Shown here piece by piece: positions 12,501 to 27,415 of a stretch of DNA of 57,028 nucleotides. The position numbers and the translations under genes were made by a program. The notes under the pieces were generated by a model. It was not told the origin of the DNA. It ran no database searches and saw only the letters and a list, made by a program, of their open reading frames with translations. Position 1 is the first letter of the stretch; each line of letters opens with the position of its first letter. The stretch lies in the NCBI GenBank assembly GCA_900617105.1, contig UYFQ01000125.1:1-57028 (forward strand). Direction: 5' to 3'. Origin of the DNA: Hydrurus foetidus. Lineage: Eukaryota.

Positions 12501-15500
12501 CAATATGTCTATTCTCAACGACTATCATGAAATGCTGTGAAATCACAACATTTACAGTGCAACTCAACGCACATTTAAATGTCGTTCATTTCCATTTATT
12601 TTAATCAGACCCAACATCGTCTCCTACTGCAAGACCTTCTTTTGTACCTTCAAATAAACCCACTGGACAGCCCACTTCAGTTCCATCAAGTCAGCCTACG
12701 GGGCAACCTACAAGGTGAACAAGTTTTTGTTTTCAGATACATATCGCTGAAGTCACACATATTCATATTATATCCATAAGTTCGTAATATCGTACTATAA
12801 ATATCTTTTACTCTATATTTTACAAATATGCTCCAAGAAAATCCTGTGTTGAAGTGTCCTCGAAAACAGCTGTTTGTGTTTCACACCAGAATTCGTGATC
12901 ACTTCATCTTTCTTAGAAATAATGATCCTCTACTAAGCATTATAAAGAGTACCGTGTATTTGACACATTTGTGTGTGTGAAGCGTATGTACAACCTACAG
13001 AGTGTACGTAGTATACTACACAGTGTAACACTCCACCCTCCCCTATAGAGCTTTAAATAAAAAGCATTTCAAATTACATGATTCGATTAAAATCTCATCA
13101 CTACAAATCTTTCAGGCATTATTTTTTATCCTCTAAATATATCCGTCCATATTTTTCCACACAGTATTCCAACTGGGCAGCCTAGTTCTCGCCCTTCCAA
13201 TTACAAAGCACCAACAGGTACTATACACCACTATAACCGACGTATTGATTGACGTTTTTTATGATAGCCTGTATCGGCATGAGCTGTTCTGGAACAAATT
13301 TCCGCATGATTGCATTTTGCTTGAATTTCTTCTTGTCACTTTTTATTCTTTACATGTACGTTTATGTGTAAGTGCGATTTATTTCGAAACGTTACACATA
13401 TGCGTGTGTGTGTGTGTGTGTGAGTGTGCGACTACAAATACCTGTTTAGTACGTATGTGAGTGATGCGCCACACCCATATAAGTCACTCCTCTGCTTCAA
13501 ACCACAACAGTCATATACATAATCTAATCTCCACGGAATATTCTTTGGAATCATCTCACGGAACATTCTTTTGTATATCTTAGGAATGCCATCTGGTCAA
13601 CCCACTAGTCAGCCCTCAGGCTACACCGCAACCAGTCCTTACGTGTGGACAAAGGTTAATACAGGTAACGAAAAGACAAAAAAATTATTCTATTTTTAAC
13701 AGCGCAAAATTTTACGAAACGCTTCTCTTCAATATTTGATACTAATGTGGGGTAGATTTTAAAAAGCTCATAATGTTGATTATGGCTTATTACCCTCTGA
13801 ATTCCTTATGTGATTTTTAATCACGATGAATATCTTGCATGAAGAATAATATCGAATTTTCGCTACATATTGCGCTACATAACTCTCCAACTAAAGCCAT
13901 TCCGCTCTTTCACAATGTCCAATTATCTAACAGGCTCTGCCGTATTGGCATCTACGAATACAAGATACGATTATTTCAGTAATCTTCCGCGTTCTGCTGC
14001 ATGGTCCAGTGCAACGAATGTAGTCGCAGTTGGCAGCATTGCAGTTTTTAATTACGGCTTATTAATGCGATCAACAAATGGAGGCTTGACTTGGACCGCT
14101 ACTGCAGTAAGTACCTCTACTCTTTGATTCGTTTGTACGTTCGTACCTACATCTTATTCATTTTTTAATCTTCTTTTTAATTACATCCCATCTTACTTAT
14201 TTAACTTAATTTTATCTTATTTCTTATATCTATCGTATATTATGATATTTAATATTTTGCATTTTGAATAGTGCAACGCTGATTTGATGCAAAGTGCTGA
14301 AGAAATCTAAGAAATCTTTAATGACACATTTTTCTATGCAGATTGCCAATAACAAGAACAGCTTTTCTTTCACAGACGTGGCTTCATATATTACCGGTAA
14401 GTTAATATCCTCAATAAAAAAATATTGAGCAAAGTTTAATGTCTTTATGAATAATAGTTTATAACTTATGTAAGAATAAAGCTATGAATAAAATAAAGCT
14501 GATTTTGAAAAAGCAAATGTGCATGAAATTGTTCATGAATATTATACATATGAAATGAATGTTCTTTTGTAATACCCATAAATTACCGCGTATAAGTTCT
14601 TCTTGATGAGTTACATACAATAAAATGTACCTATATAAACTTCAGAAATTGTAGCCCAAATTATCGTCCTTTTATCACTCACTTTATTTTTAGTAGACGC
14701 TGCTAATATGTTACAGTGTGCATTTAGGTATACGATTTATTGACCAATATTATATACCATGTAACAGTAACCGATAAAGAAATTTGTTTTCCTCTCTGAA
14801 GCAGGAAAATACACTTTCACCAAAACCTCTTGTAGAAAAATCAAAATACCATCATATCACACCCATTACACGCTACGTACCCTATCACTCCTTCCTGCTC
14901 CCTTCTCCTACATCTCATTTCTATCCATTTCATTTCTTTTCGATTTCTTTATTTTAGGGGGTATAACGTACTTTGTTGCAGTCGCCACTACCGGCCAAAT
15001 ATACCGATCAGCTGACGGGGGCGCCACCTGGCCTACGGTAGCCACGGCTAATGGAACGCTGCAAGGTACGTACGTATGTGTGTCTACCAGTTTGTTTGTG
15101 CTCGCATATTCTATGAATCCGTGTAATCTGTGATTTGCTATTTTCTTTACAACAATATCTCATCTAATCGTTCGTAAAAGTGCATCATTTTTTCCACTTC
15201 CCCATATCTTGGTAATTTACATTTTTATTTTTACATTTTTTAGGTGTGGCGATTGACACTGCTGGTAACGGGTATGCTGTCGCCCTCTCAAAGGGCACTG
15301 CAGCGGTGTACCGATCCGTTCCGACGGTTTCAAATCCTTTTTTCACTAGATGGACATCCATCATGCCGAGGAGTAAGCTCTGTTTTCTATGATATTGTGT
15401 TCTCTCTCTTTCTTTTTTTCTTTCTACTTTCCTTACTCTGTGACCTTTTTCTTTTATCGCCTACCTTTCTATCTAACTTGATCCCCTTCTTGAATTCACG

Positions 15501-18500
15501 CACATCACTACTTCTATCGCAATCGCCATCCATGTGTCTGCAAATTATCCATCGTATTGATGTGCCAACCCCCTATAAGTTATCATGAATTCGCATCACT
15601 AATAATCTCTGCACTCTCTCTGCTGATCTCTCCATTCTTTTTCTTTTTTTTCTCTTACTGTCGTAAAGCTTTGTTGTTTCAAATCAAATCTCTCCGTTTT
15701 CTCCTCTCATTTCCTGTCACAACTTCTACTCTATCACTCTCCATTCACCACCCCTTACTCTCACTTCATCTCCTATTTTCTTTCTTTCCCCTCCCTCACC
15801 CTCATCCTCACTAACTCTATTTTTTCTCTTTCTCTTTCTCTTTTTCATTTTTTAAGATTTGACGACAGACTACTACGCGGTAGCTTCATTGACTACTGCA
15901 GGCAGGATTATCATCGTTGGCTCATCAGGTAACCTAAATCAATTAGTCTATATCTTGGTTTCCATCCCGAAAAGATGGCATAAAAGAGCCATTCTTATTT
16001 GTCACCAATTTTATTTTGTGTGGTATCACTGAATATTTGCGCCATACAAATTAATTTTGTCGTGGTACGTTCCTATTTCAATCAAGCTCTCACATCTCCC
16101 AAGCATTGAGGACATATTTCCTCATTATATTGTAATTTTCGATACTTTTGGACGCACAGGAACGGTCGCGTACAGCTTGAACGCACTGGCAACAACACCG
16201 ACATTTGTGTTTCCTAAGAAAGTCACCTCAAGTGAGTTACTGTCTAACTATTGCTGTCTCTTTTTTGACTCGATCTCTGAATGACTGTTGATCTGACTTT
16301 GTTGATGACTGACTGACTGACTGACTGACTGACTGATGACTTGACTGACTGACTGACATGATGACTGACTGACTGACTGACTGACATGATGACTGACTGA
16401 CTGACTGACTGACTGACTGACTGACTGACTGGCTGACTGACTGACTGGCTGGCTGACTGACTGACTGACTGACTGGCTGGCTGACTGACTGACTGACTTT
16501 ATGTCATCCAGTGCCACTGGCACAATCAACTTATCGACTCATCTCACCACCATCCTCTCATTCCTTGCATATCTCAGATCATCTGTACTGCATCGCAAGT
16601 CAAGGAAGTAGCTATGCGATCGCTGCCGGCGCCGCTAGTACTATCATACAAACGAGAAATGCAGGTGTGTAATTGTTGAGCACCCCGTATATTCACTTTC
16701 AAGTGCAAACCGACAAATACAAGTGTGCGAGTACATTTATCTATGCAGTAAGTGTCTAATAGATGGTACATTGAAGTGGTTAAGATACAGTGTATGCCAC
16801 TGTATGAGTGTATGAGTGTACATGAACAGCAATATCACTCTAATCCATCACGCTGCACTTGATGTTGTTATCTCATACATGCGCATATTAGAAATAGACA
16901 TCATACATACACATATTCATACATACACACGCACGCTTACATACATTCACGTACGTATTTTTCATACAGGAGTATCCTGGACATTATTACCGGTAGATCA
17001 AGCCGTAATTAGCAGTAACTCCGACTTTCAGTTTCACGCTGTGACAGTGCTGACCCAAGCAGTGGCGTACCTTTCTGGGTCGAATGGCATCATTATAAAG
17101 ACAGGTGTGATGGGGCAGAATGTAGCACAGGATGTGAAAGTGAAGAGTTAGATGGTGGTGTGGAGAATTGATCGAGGGAAAGAGAGAGAGAGAAAAAGAA
17201 AGAAAAAGAAGAGAGAAAAATGGGTTGGAGAAAAAAAGAAGAGAGTGAGAGAAAGAGGAGATGATATTTGAGAGTGGTGAAAAAAATGATTGGCACAGTG
17301 CATTCCCATGAAATTAAACAGTTCACTGCGACTCTAAAATGCCGAAGAGACGAGACGCCATCCATTCTTCTCCTTTATCATCCTTCTTTTCCTTCCTCCT
17401 TTTTCCTTTTTTTCTTCTTTTCTCTTACGCTCCTTCATAGCCTGTTCGTCACAGAAGCTCAAGGCACGTGCTTGATTACCGGTCCATTTTAATGCTGAAC
17501 CCACGCCTATTATCCACAATGCACACAATTTAACAGTTAGTGTGTGTGTTGTGGTTTATAAAGTGGGTCCAGCATCAAAATGGACCGGCAATAAAACACA
17601 TTCTTTAATTAAATTGGACTCTCACTTCTCTTAATTAAATTCAATCGTTAAATTCATTTTATATTATTTCATTCCTCTAGTGAACTCTGGTCGAACCTTT
17701 ACGGTTGAAACCGTATTGACGAATGTAGTAAACTCCAATGGGGGTACACAAATCAACGCTATTTCAATGTTCAATAGCTTGATCGGTGTGGCGTTGGATA
17801 GTGCAGGTACGACCTGCCAATGTCAACGAATATTGCTTGCCCTATCCTACTCTTACTTGGCTCTATGACGCACTCTTTAACGCTTCGGCGGCAGGCGTGT
17901 CTGCTATTCTCATAGTCATTTACTGCACTTTAATCAACGTACTCACTTGTCAACTTCAGTCTCTAACTACCACTAACTCTTACTACTTTTACTATTTCCA
18001 GCTTCATGTCCATCCTTTCCCCATCTCTCAGCCCATCTCGTTCCCCCACAGCAACACCTAGCAGAGTACGTAAAGCAAATTGGACGAAACTGCTATATCT
18101 CACTGTGAATTCTTTTTGAATTGAAAAGTGGATCCTTTTGTCTTCAACACGATAGACGCATACAACAGCTCCTTCCTATTTTACACATTATCATTTCTCT
18201 CCTCATTATTCCTTCCCTAACTGCTGCTGTCATTACCATTTATGATCCTTGCTGCTACTGTCATTATTATCATCATCAGATAGGATTCAGCACCCACATA
18301 TTACATCTTACTCTTACGTTACTTCGTTTCCATTTCCTTACTTTACAGCAAAATTTAAACCGCTGAGATTCATCTAAACTAACCTTTGACTACTATTTCC
18401 CATTATAACTACTATCAGACTCCTAGCGGTACACCTTCACTCACTCCAACCCCACCGCCATCAGCAGGTCAGTGAGATAATCAATCTGTGACGATCATAT

Positions 18501-21500
18501 CGTATCGACTGACTGTCATAAGAACTGGTGTGGATATCAAGAGTTACTGTATATGCTTCATGTATTTCATCAATATTCTATTATTGATCATTGCGATAAC
18601 TAAACTGCCGAATCGTCTACTAATAATGAAAATCGAATAAACCCGCTACTTCATCACTCTAGGTTTGCTTGTTGTCGTACCTCCTACAACAAACAGTTTG
18701 TCTCCCCACGCACACGCACACGCACACACCATTCTTACACACACATCCCTCCACACGCACACACACACACCATACTTAGATTCTCATCTCCTCCCCCCTC
18801 CCCCCCCTTACACACACTCACACACGTACTCAGAGCCATCCACAGGAGTACCCTCTGTCAGTCCCAGTCTCACCCCTACGGGTATACCGTCTATACCGCC
18901 TACCGGCCAACCTACTGGCCAGCCAACTAGTCGACCCTCGACACCTACAGGTATAGTAATCTTATTTGTTTCTTTTGCTATTGCATTTGAGAGTAGTGGA
19001 TAATGAAACTGCTTGCATTAATTCATTATAATGTCATTGCCCTGTCTGTTTATCTATCTATCCTTTCATTCATACACTTACTAACTTTCGTATAACGTAG
19101 GACGCCCTTCTACGATGCCTTCTGGCCAGCCAACAGGACAGCCCACACGGCAGCCATCGGGACAGCCAACAGGGCAACCTACGGGTCAACCTACCGGTAG
19201 TCCCACTACATCACCGACTAACACGGTTTATCTGAGCGTAAAAATGTCACTGTTTCAGGCAAGGAAATAAAGTGTACAGACGATACGTTACACATGTACT
19301 TTTTGATGATGCTACATAACATCATTTTTTATCCTATTACACTGTGCTGAGTATTTATCTTTTGTCGCTGTGGGTATCGTTTGGTGTTCCGTGTAAGGTA
19401 GGTACCACAGTCAGCTTCCATCACTTTTGTAGTGCACTCTGTCTCTCACAGAAACATTACCACCCTCTTCTTTAGTTATTACCTCTGTTCTTCTTTTATT
19501 AAATCACGTGTTGCGAATTGCTAATACTCTCCCCTTTGTAATTTACCCCATCCATCCTGCCAAGTATGATATGTAATTCCATATCATGTAGTCTCTTTTC
19601 TATTGTCTACTCTACTCCTTTCCACTTGTCTCTCATTTCAATCTCTCCCCATTCGCCTTCACAATATCCTTCTATTGTTAATCTCCCGACATCATCTCAA
19701 CTACACCGCTCCATTTTACAGCGTATCACTGGAATTAGCTATGTGGCATTCATCAGCAGCCGCGCCAATGCAGATCAATTTAAATTAACCATCGCTGACA
19801 TCATCGATCATCCCGTTGAAGAAGTGGCTATCACGTACTATTACGGACAGGTGCGTACGTACATGATTCATTGCGAATCAGCTGTAATATTAATGATTAT
19901 CTTCTTTTATTTACAAAACTTCTTACCTTTTTAACGGAGGGTAATTGAGAAGTATTGTTAATGCTAGTTAGTGTTACACTTTGTTCGTGAGTAATGACTA
20001 CCATATTACTCATAACTCCGATGACCCTTTTCTTATTGAATGACACGTACTTGAATCACCTCAATTTCATGTCAATTATTTTTTGTTCTTATTTCTCAAA
20101 ATTTCGCCTCAATTTATTAGCGATCTTATGACCTTAATTTTACGAATCTCTCTTCCTATCGAGTTGGTCCTGTAAATTTCTTCGTAAGAGATTTTGTCGG
20201 ATAGAACCCAAACTCAGCGCTTCTATATCATTTACACTACACATTTTTGATCATGTCTCAGGTAGAGAACGTGATCAACTAACAAGTAACATTATAATGT
20301 CTTCCGTCTATTTTCTATCTCACAGGCGTTGACACCTACCCCATTCCCATCCGCAGCACCCTCTCTCCTCCCCACCCGCCTACCATCCAGCGCCAGACCA
20401 ACATTCTTCCCCACAGTAATCCCGTCTAGAACCCCTTCCTTTGCCCCCTCTGCTACCCCCACACGCACTCCTTCACTGTCCCCGTCATCAACCAGTCCGA
20501 GTACCGCTTCCCCGACTTCTCCCGCACCCTCTATTGCAATCAGGTGATTGTAGTGCACTTGAGATGCGCTCAAAACACACTTATATCACGCTAAAGTGAT
20601 CATAGTAACTGTGACAATATGCAGATTCATGTCTCTTACATTGCATACTGCCCACTGTGTACAATGCCTCCTATCCGTGTAAGAATACTTATCAGTACTG
20701 ATATATACTGTACTTTTTTTCTGCCTATCAGCGCTGCCCCTCAACTCAGAAGACAGTTATCAAGCGACGAAGAAAGCGAGAATACTGAGTGGGAAATGGA
20801 AACATATGAAGTCTTAAGGGATGAGGTAGATGATGAAGTAGAAGAGGTGAAAGGAGAGGAAGATGAGGGTGGAGAAACGTACATTCCAAAGCGTACAAAA
20901 TTAATGTCGAGAAGGAGGAGACAACTTCAAGTTAACGAGTACGCACGTACAGATGCTTTATCACTAGATGTGACTGGGTTTTATGTCGAAGATGTCATTT
21001 CTACCAATGCGAATTCCGTTGGGATTAATTACACCATTTCGTTTATCATTCAAAAATACGGATTTTCAAGTAAGTACGGATTTTGAAAGTGCCTTACAGA
21101 GTACTTAATGCTTGTGTTCTGTCTACAGTCAAGTTGATGTGTGCTGTGCTATGATGTGTTGCATTGTAGCTGGATGTACATTGTGTAGTATGGCATTATA
21201 TTTTCGCGTAGGTATTCTGTTAGTTTTATTTCCTCTACGCTGACCCGTACGCAGGAGATATCCCAGAATCTGTCGCGAAACGTGTCCCCCTCGCCTCTCA
21301 TAACAGAATGAAATGTCTAATTTGGCACTGAAGATGTGATTTGATTACAGTTGGAAATAGCATTTCATTTCTATGTTGAATTTGTGCATTTTTTGTTAAC
21401 AATTTATTCTACACTGATAACATCTTCCCAAGATATTTCCACCCCTTTTCATATTAGTTTTCTTTTATTTCAGTCACTTGATTTAATAGATGTCAATAAT

Positions 21501-24500
21501 CTGTTTCGCATATCTCTTTTTCTTCCTTGCACACTACTGTCTTAAGCACAAACCTATTAATAAAACACCACCTAACATAATTCCACTTCACTCCCCATTT
21601 CATAATCTATTCTCCACAGGTGTCAATGTAGCTGTTAACAGCGTGCTAGCCAAACTAAATGCTTCCATTCTGTCTGGATCGTTTGACTCGAAAATGAGAA
21701 GCTCTGGTAAGTACATACGTTCATTTTGCGTATGTCTGTTAGTGCTTTATGAGCATACGTGAATGTGTTACTATTATTTTATCAATCCTTTCTTGTGTAA
21801 GTATACATATACGTTACACGCGTAGCAGTAAAATTCATGTATTGTAAGCTAGCGTTGTCAAAATTATTTGTTATCATCATGTGCAAATTCATCTTGTAGC
21901 AATTAATTGTTTGTGTTACCATGTCAAGCGTCTACACCTCGGAATATTAATTCAAGTATTTCCTATTCGCTACACGGAGAAACCTCCGTTCATTTACGCC
22001 ATCGCATTAAATCAATCTTTTATCATACCGAACCAACACCCCCTCTTCCGCATCTAACTAACCCTTCCATCACTACCCCTTCAGGCCTGCCTGTGTACCG
22101 CTTATCCAGCGTAAAGTCCTCCCGCCCTGTTCTCGTAGCACCCGCTGCTGTGTCAGTGATGCACACCACTCGATCTCCCTCACAGCTCCCTACCCTTTAT
22201 CCCTCACAACCACCCTCTGCTGCATCACTGCTACAGGTGAGTGCCTCTTATTGTCTGTTACAATGGGTGACCCGGCAATGGAGAAATAACCCTCCTATCT
22301 CCCCAGTCTAAATCTAATCAGGAAGCCTGAATTTTTGTGCTGAATCATATATTTTTATTTGCGGGGTGTATCCAATATTACGATGCAGTGTGTTCATGAA
22401 ATAATCAATAGGATTAGACTTTATTTTACATGTATTGTCAATTGGTTCTATTCTCAGAGCGTAAGATTCTTTTTGTGCTAGACCGCATTTTGACAACTTG
22501 ATGTATTCATTATGATTATCTTAATTGCGCAAGATCGAATCAACTAAATGGACTTGTAATGATGCCACTGATAACTCGTGTTTACATGAGTGACATTGCA
22601 TGTATTTGATACCACTCTCCCATGTAACCCCTTCTCATTCTTGAAAGCATCCCAACTTATATTTGACTAATGAACCAATTCACCCCTCTTTTATCCTTAC
22701 ATGGTATACATCATTCAAACTCGTTTATTTCTCTCTCCCTTCTTTACACTTGTTCCACTTCTACTTCTACTTCTACTTCGTTTTCACAGAATGCCGCCAA
22801 TTCTCTGAAGATCTCTGTCACGAACACTTTAATACTTATTGTGGTTTGCTCTGTCGCTGGATTCATTTGTCTCCTCGTATTGGCGTGTGTTGTTTTCAGC
22901 GGGAAGATAAGGTGAGTTGAAATTGATGAAGATGATGTGTATACAATTGTGTTCATCTAATATTAGCTGCAACTGTTCTTGACAAAAAGCACATCTAATA
23001 GCAGCGTGATTCAGTACAGCGTAACAATGTCGTTGTACCGCATCGTTACGCCACATCTTGAACGAACACAAGACACGACATGTACACCTAACCAACAGCT
23101 TCACATGCACTTAAAAGTTCCTCGACATCTGATAATTGAAATTCACATTTCTTTAAACAGGAAAATGTTATGTTGTTGTTGTACACGTGGCGGCAAAGAG
23201 GATGAGGAAGATGTGGAGGATGACGACTCAGACGAAGCGGAGAGGAAGTCGAACAGATTCGGTGTCAAGAAAACATACAGTGTCACTGACTCTGACAAAT
23301 TTGAATACGGTAAGAATCTCCGATACACCCCGTATAATAAAGTATTTTCCTTTTTAGGCCTCTTCAGTATTGTACTGATATCAAACTTCTTCTTCTATTT
23401 CTTCCCACACTTTTCTGTTCTTGACATTATCAGTACTTCACAGACGCTGCACTTATTCATCTCATCATCCGCGTTCTCATAGGACACCTCAACTATTCCT
23501 TCTCTTTTCTTCCTCACTTTTCATCTCATTTTCACAACGAATATCACTGCCCCTCTTTTCTATATTCAATCCTGTTTTATGATCTCTGACTACTGCGACA
23601 GACTTTTTACTATTCTATTTTGAACTTCCACATTATCAGTCCACATACCGTTGGTGTCGTCAAAGACACACTATTTATTATTACACCTTAAAAGTATCTA
23701 AATTTTCATTTCTCTCTATTTTGGTATTTAACGTATTTGCAGTTGCGAGTCGAGGAGGTGCCAACTTGAGGAGCCTACAGACAAAAAGCAAAGGTGTGAC
23801 ACTATAGAACGCTGTGCTGTGCTGTACTATGTCACGCTGTGCTGTATTATGTTTCACTGCGCTATAATGTGCCAAGTCATGCTATGTCATACTATACTGT
23901 GCTATGCTTGACTATGCATGCCATGAGTGCTGTCGCATGTGAGGCTTTCTACCGACACGTTGATATGGTATACTATACTATGTCATGTGATGTCACTGGA
24001 CGATGTGCATTCATATGCCACGCTTTATCGTGCTCGTATAGGAAAAATGTATACTACTGTACTTCTCTAACTACTCTCAGGAAATTCTTATCTCTCACAA
24101 ACATCTCATATCATGTGAGTACGATATAATATTTTATCTGTTTATAAAATATTTTGAAAATTAGATGAGACGAAGAGTGAAAGAGATAAAAAGAACGAAA
24201 AAGCAGCAGCAGCAAGCAAAGTTTCTCGATGGAAAGGAAACGGTAAAACTCCCAAGCAACAGCTCGACTCTGCCAGTGATTCCGATGATAGCGAAGATCC
24301 ACCTCTAAAAGGACAGAAGAACAATCTGTTTGGACGTGCTAAGAAAGCTCATGCTAGTGGTGAGATCAATTTTCTCTCTTTTCCTACCTCTTCTTTGTTT
24401 GTGTGTTTTATGTTTGTTTGTGTGTGCTTGTATCTACGCAATTGTGTGCACCTTGTTGTTCTACCTCCCAGTTACGGTACAATTGTCGAAAAGCGTGTTT

Positions 24501-24558
24501 GGCGGCATGTCAATCCAGTTTGCATATTTCCAGTGACCGCCTGTCTTCTTATCTATCC

Positions 24559-24589
<31 letters not shown>

Positions 24590-24936
24590 CTCCTGTATAC
24601 CATGCTTTGACAGCTAATTAGACTTATCCTACTCCCAAACTTATCAACTGACGCACTCCTATCCCTCCCTCTCTCCCATCCCTCCCTTCCTTCTCTCACT
24701 CCCATCTGTCACTCCCTTCTTTCACTCCCTCTCTCCTTCAGATGTGGATGAAGCACCGTATGACCGTACGTACACGGACAGAAGCAATGACGTTGTTCCG
24801 GAGAAGAAGAACTTCAACGCGGGTAAGTATGGATTACGTGCAAAGAAGAAGGTCGAAGAACCCTCTGATGACGAGACAGACGAAGGCAGAAACCCTTGGG
24901 AGAAAACAAAGAAAATAGTCGGGAAGTCAGGTCGTA

Positions 24937-24970
<34 letters not shown>

Positions 24971-25545
24971 CGATGGTGCTTCTGTAATACGGAAGCCAGC
25001 CTTCACAAAAGCACGAGCGAGGACTGGTGGGGGTGGAACGGGTCGGTCCACCCCGACCCAGTCCGATGTTGAGAAGGACCACATGTCGGGGGTTGAACCC
25101 AAGAATCCTTTCCTTCATTCCAAGGCTGACAACTATCGCAAGGCAAGGGGAGCAGGCAGAGCTGGGGCTAACTCTGGAATGGAGTCGAATGATGACGTCA
25201 TGGCTAAGTTCAGGACCAACAGGAATCATGTGGAAGGTATGAGATCTTTTTTTTCTTTTAATCTATATTATAGTGTATCATCTCTAATTTTGTCGCAATA
25301 GAGTCATTTCTGTGATATTCCCCTCTGCTATCAACATTTACGCCCCTTTGGGATTGACACAACTCAGCAATTCTAAGCGCAACTTATCATCTCCTTCATA
25401 GATTTTTATCTCTAGTGTACGTTTGTTTTATTTGCTTCATCTGTTCCCCCAATAACTCGTGCTAGTGCCTTTATTAGCGCCCGAAATAGATAACGTCTGC
25501 TTAATCTGATAAATTCTCCTAATCCACTCTATCCTCCCTTCCTTC

Positions 25546-25604
<59 letters not shown>

Positions 25605-26057
25605 TCGGTGATCAAGTACAGGTAAATCAAACGTCTCATCCTTTTCTACTCGTGGTACATCCTTTCCTTTACTAACTCTTTTCCTTTTTGAGTCTGTCAT
25701 GCTTCTTCATCGTTTGGTCCTGTTCACCTTAATGTGTTTTTCATCCTACTTCATTCTTGCTACTTTTTATTATCGCGTCCCGTCATATTTCGCCCTTCCT
25801 TACCTCATCTGACTGCTCCTTATCTTATCATACTAATCGTTATTTTGTCTCACCTTATCTCATCTCAACTAACCATTTACAGCGTTACCTAACTGACCTT
25901 ACCTAACTCTGAATAAATCAAATCTAAACCACTTCACCCTGACACCCCGCATAATTTCAATAGAAATGCGAACTCTCGCAACGCACCCCCCAAATATGGT
26001 GCGGATGCTCAGGAAGAAAATATGAACGACTTACTGCAGAAATTTAGAAAAAGATAG
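9543..26057 (+). CDS. Large multi-exon secreted/type-I membrane protein: signal peptide, two BNR/Asp-box (beta-propeller-like) regions, PT-rich stalks, TM helix, acidic/basic cytoplasmic tail. Exon set is approximate.
   Basis: Signal peptide (MLALSVAAVVRG). SxDxGxTW-type motifs RSANSGFTW, STNDGLSF, KTTNGGANW, RSTNGGLTW, RSADGGATW in short GT-AG exons. PTGQPT/PSxxP exons at ~12610-13620, 18420-19260 and 20326-20543. TM LILIVVCSVAGFICLLVLACVVF (~22830-22900), then MLCCCC. The last exon probably ends ...LLQKFRKR* at 26057. Confidence 0.72.
16306..16498 (+). repeat. Intronic (GACT)n microsatellite with GGCT/GAT variants
   Basis: Visible tetranucleotide run; it explains the spurious SQSV ORF 16248-16529. 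Confidence 0.95.
25545..25606 (+). repeat. Intronic (CTTT)n microsatellite
   Basis: Visible tetranucleotide run; it explains the spurious KKER ORF. Confidence 0.93.
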
Positions 26058-27415
26058 CCACAGTGAAACGACATGGCTTGATATGTTGCGAGATGTGATA
26101 AGATGGCATGCAATGCATCGCATCTTATGGAATTAAACTAAACTGAATGCATTCAGAAGAGATGTGATAGCCTGATATCAGGCAGGAGAGAGGTGTAATA
26201 CAGACGACTGGCATACATAACAGGACATGACAGAAAAGAAGAAAGAAACAGAGGGACAAAATTAGGTTGAGAGAAGAGAGATATGAACAAGAATGTACAT
26301 AGAAATGAATATAAAAATGATATAAAGGTGATGTAATATCAGCACAATAACTAGTAGTGCTTGCGACTTACTCTCGCGCATTCCGATGGCTCTTACAATG
26401 CTTTCATGTTATACTATGCGGCACCATTTCCCACCCCACCCCACCCCAACCCCCCCCCTCCCTCCCTCCCTCCCCCCTTAACCCATATCATCCCCCGAAA
26501 CCCACTACCCTACTATTTCCCGCCCTTTCCCTCCCTCCAAACCCCCTCACCGCCCCATTTCCACACACAATTTCATACACCCACACCACCCTACCCCATT
26601 CTACACCATCCCGTCCCGTCCCGCCTCACCCTAACATCAGACTAAGCAGTGCTACACTCAGAGAGATGAATTGATCCACGTGGACAGATAAAGTCTATAA
26701 ACTCAAAACTGATACATGGAGAGCTTCCAATTTCGAATAGGAGTAGTTTTTCAAATATCCAAATCATTTAATTTCATCGGCAATCAGATGCAAAATCATT
26801 CAATTCAATTCAATCTAACATTGATGACATTTTTAGGATAGACATCAAACGTGAGAAAAATAGAATTTAACTTTTACATTTTTTCCGTGGATTCATCTTA
26901 TATAAACCCGGAGATATGATTCGTGAACAATTGAAGTGAAAAGAATGACAAAAGACGTCTACTTCACGAGATTCACAAGGCGATATTCATACATATCTAA
27001 TCACGGGCGATTAAACCCCACAAATATTTGTAAAATTCAACAATTTTTTACATTTTCGAGGCATGTTTTTCCCTTTCTTTTATCTCAATGTGAAAAAAAG
27101 CATCGAGCTGGGGCTTTTTCGACTAACAGGATGATTTCATGAAGGACTATGATCGAGTACGGTAGCAGAAAGCTAACAGATTAATGTCAAATCATTAAAA
27201 AGTGGAATCTCAGAAAATCTGCGTTCTCGAAGTACTCCACTGTATGTCTGTACGTTCTATCAGTACGTACACTATCAAAATTCAAAAATATTTGAAAAAT
27301 TTCTCGACTGGACAAGCTTCAGATGGAGCTAATGAACAACTCTTCAATATTGCCTCGTCTCCATATTCAAGATTGTTGCTTGCCCATCTAGTCGGGACAT
27401 TGGATTCTCTCGAAA

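Noticed and set aside
16248..16529. SQSV-repeat ORF; likewise the KKER ORF at 25437-25700
   Set aside because: Translations of intronic microsatellites.
26430..26640. C-rich tract with Pro-rich ORFs
   Set aside because: Low-complexity intergenic sequence with no splice or coding support; only generic G4 potential.
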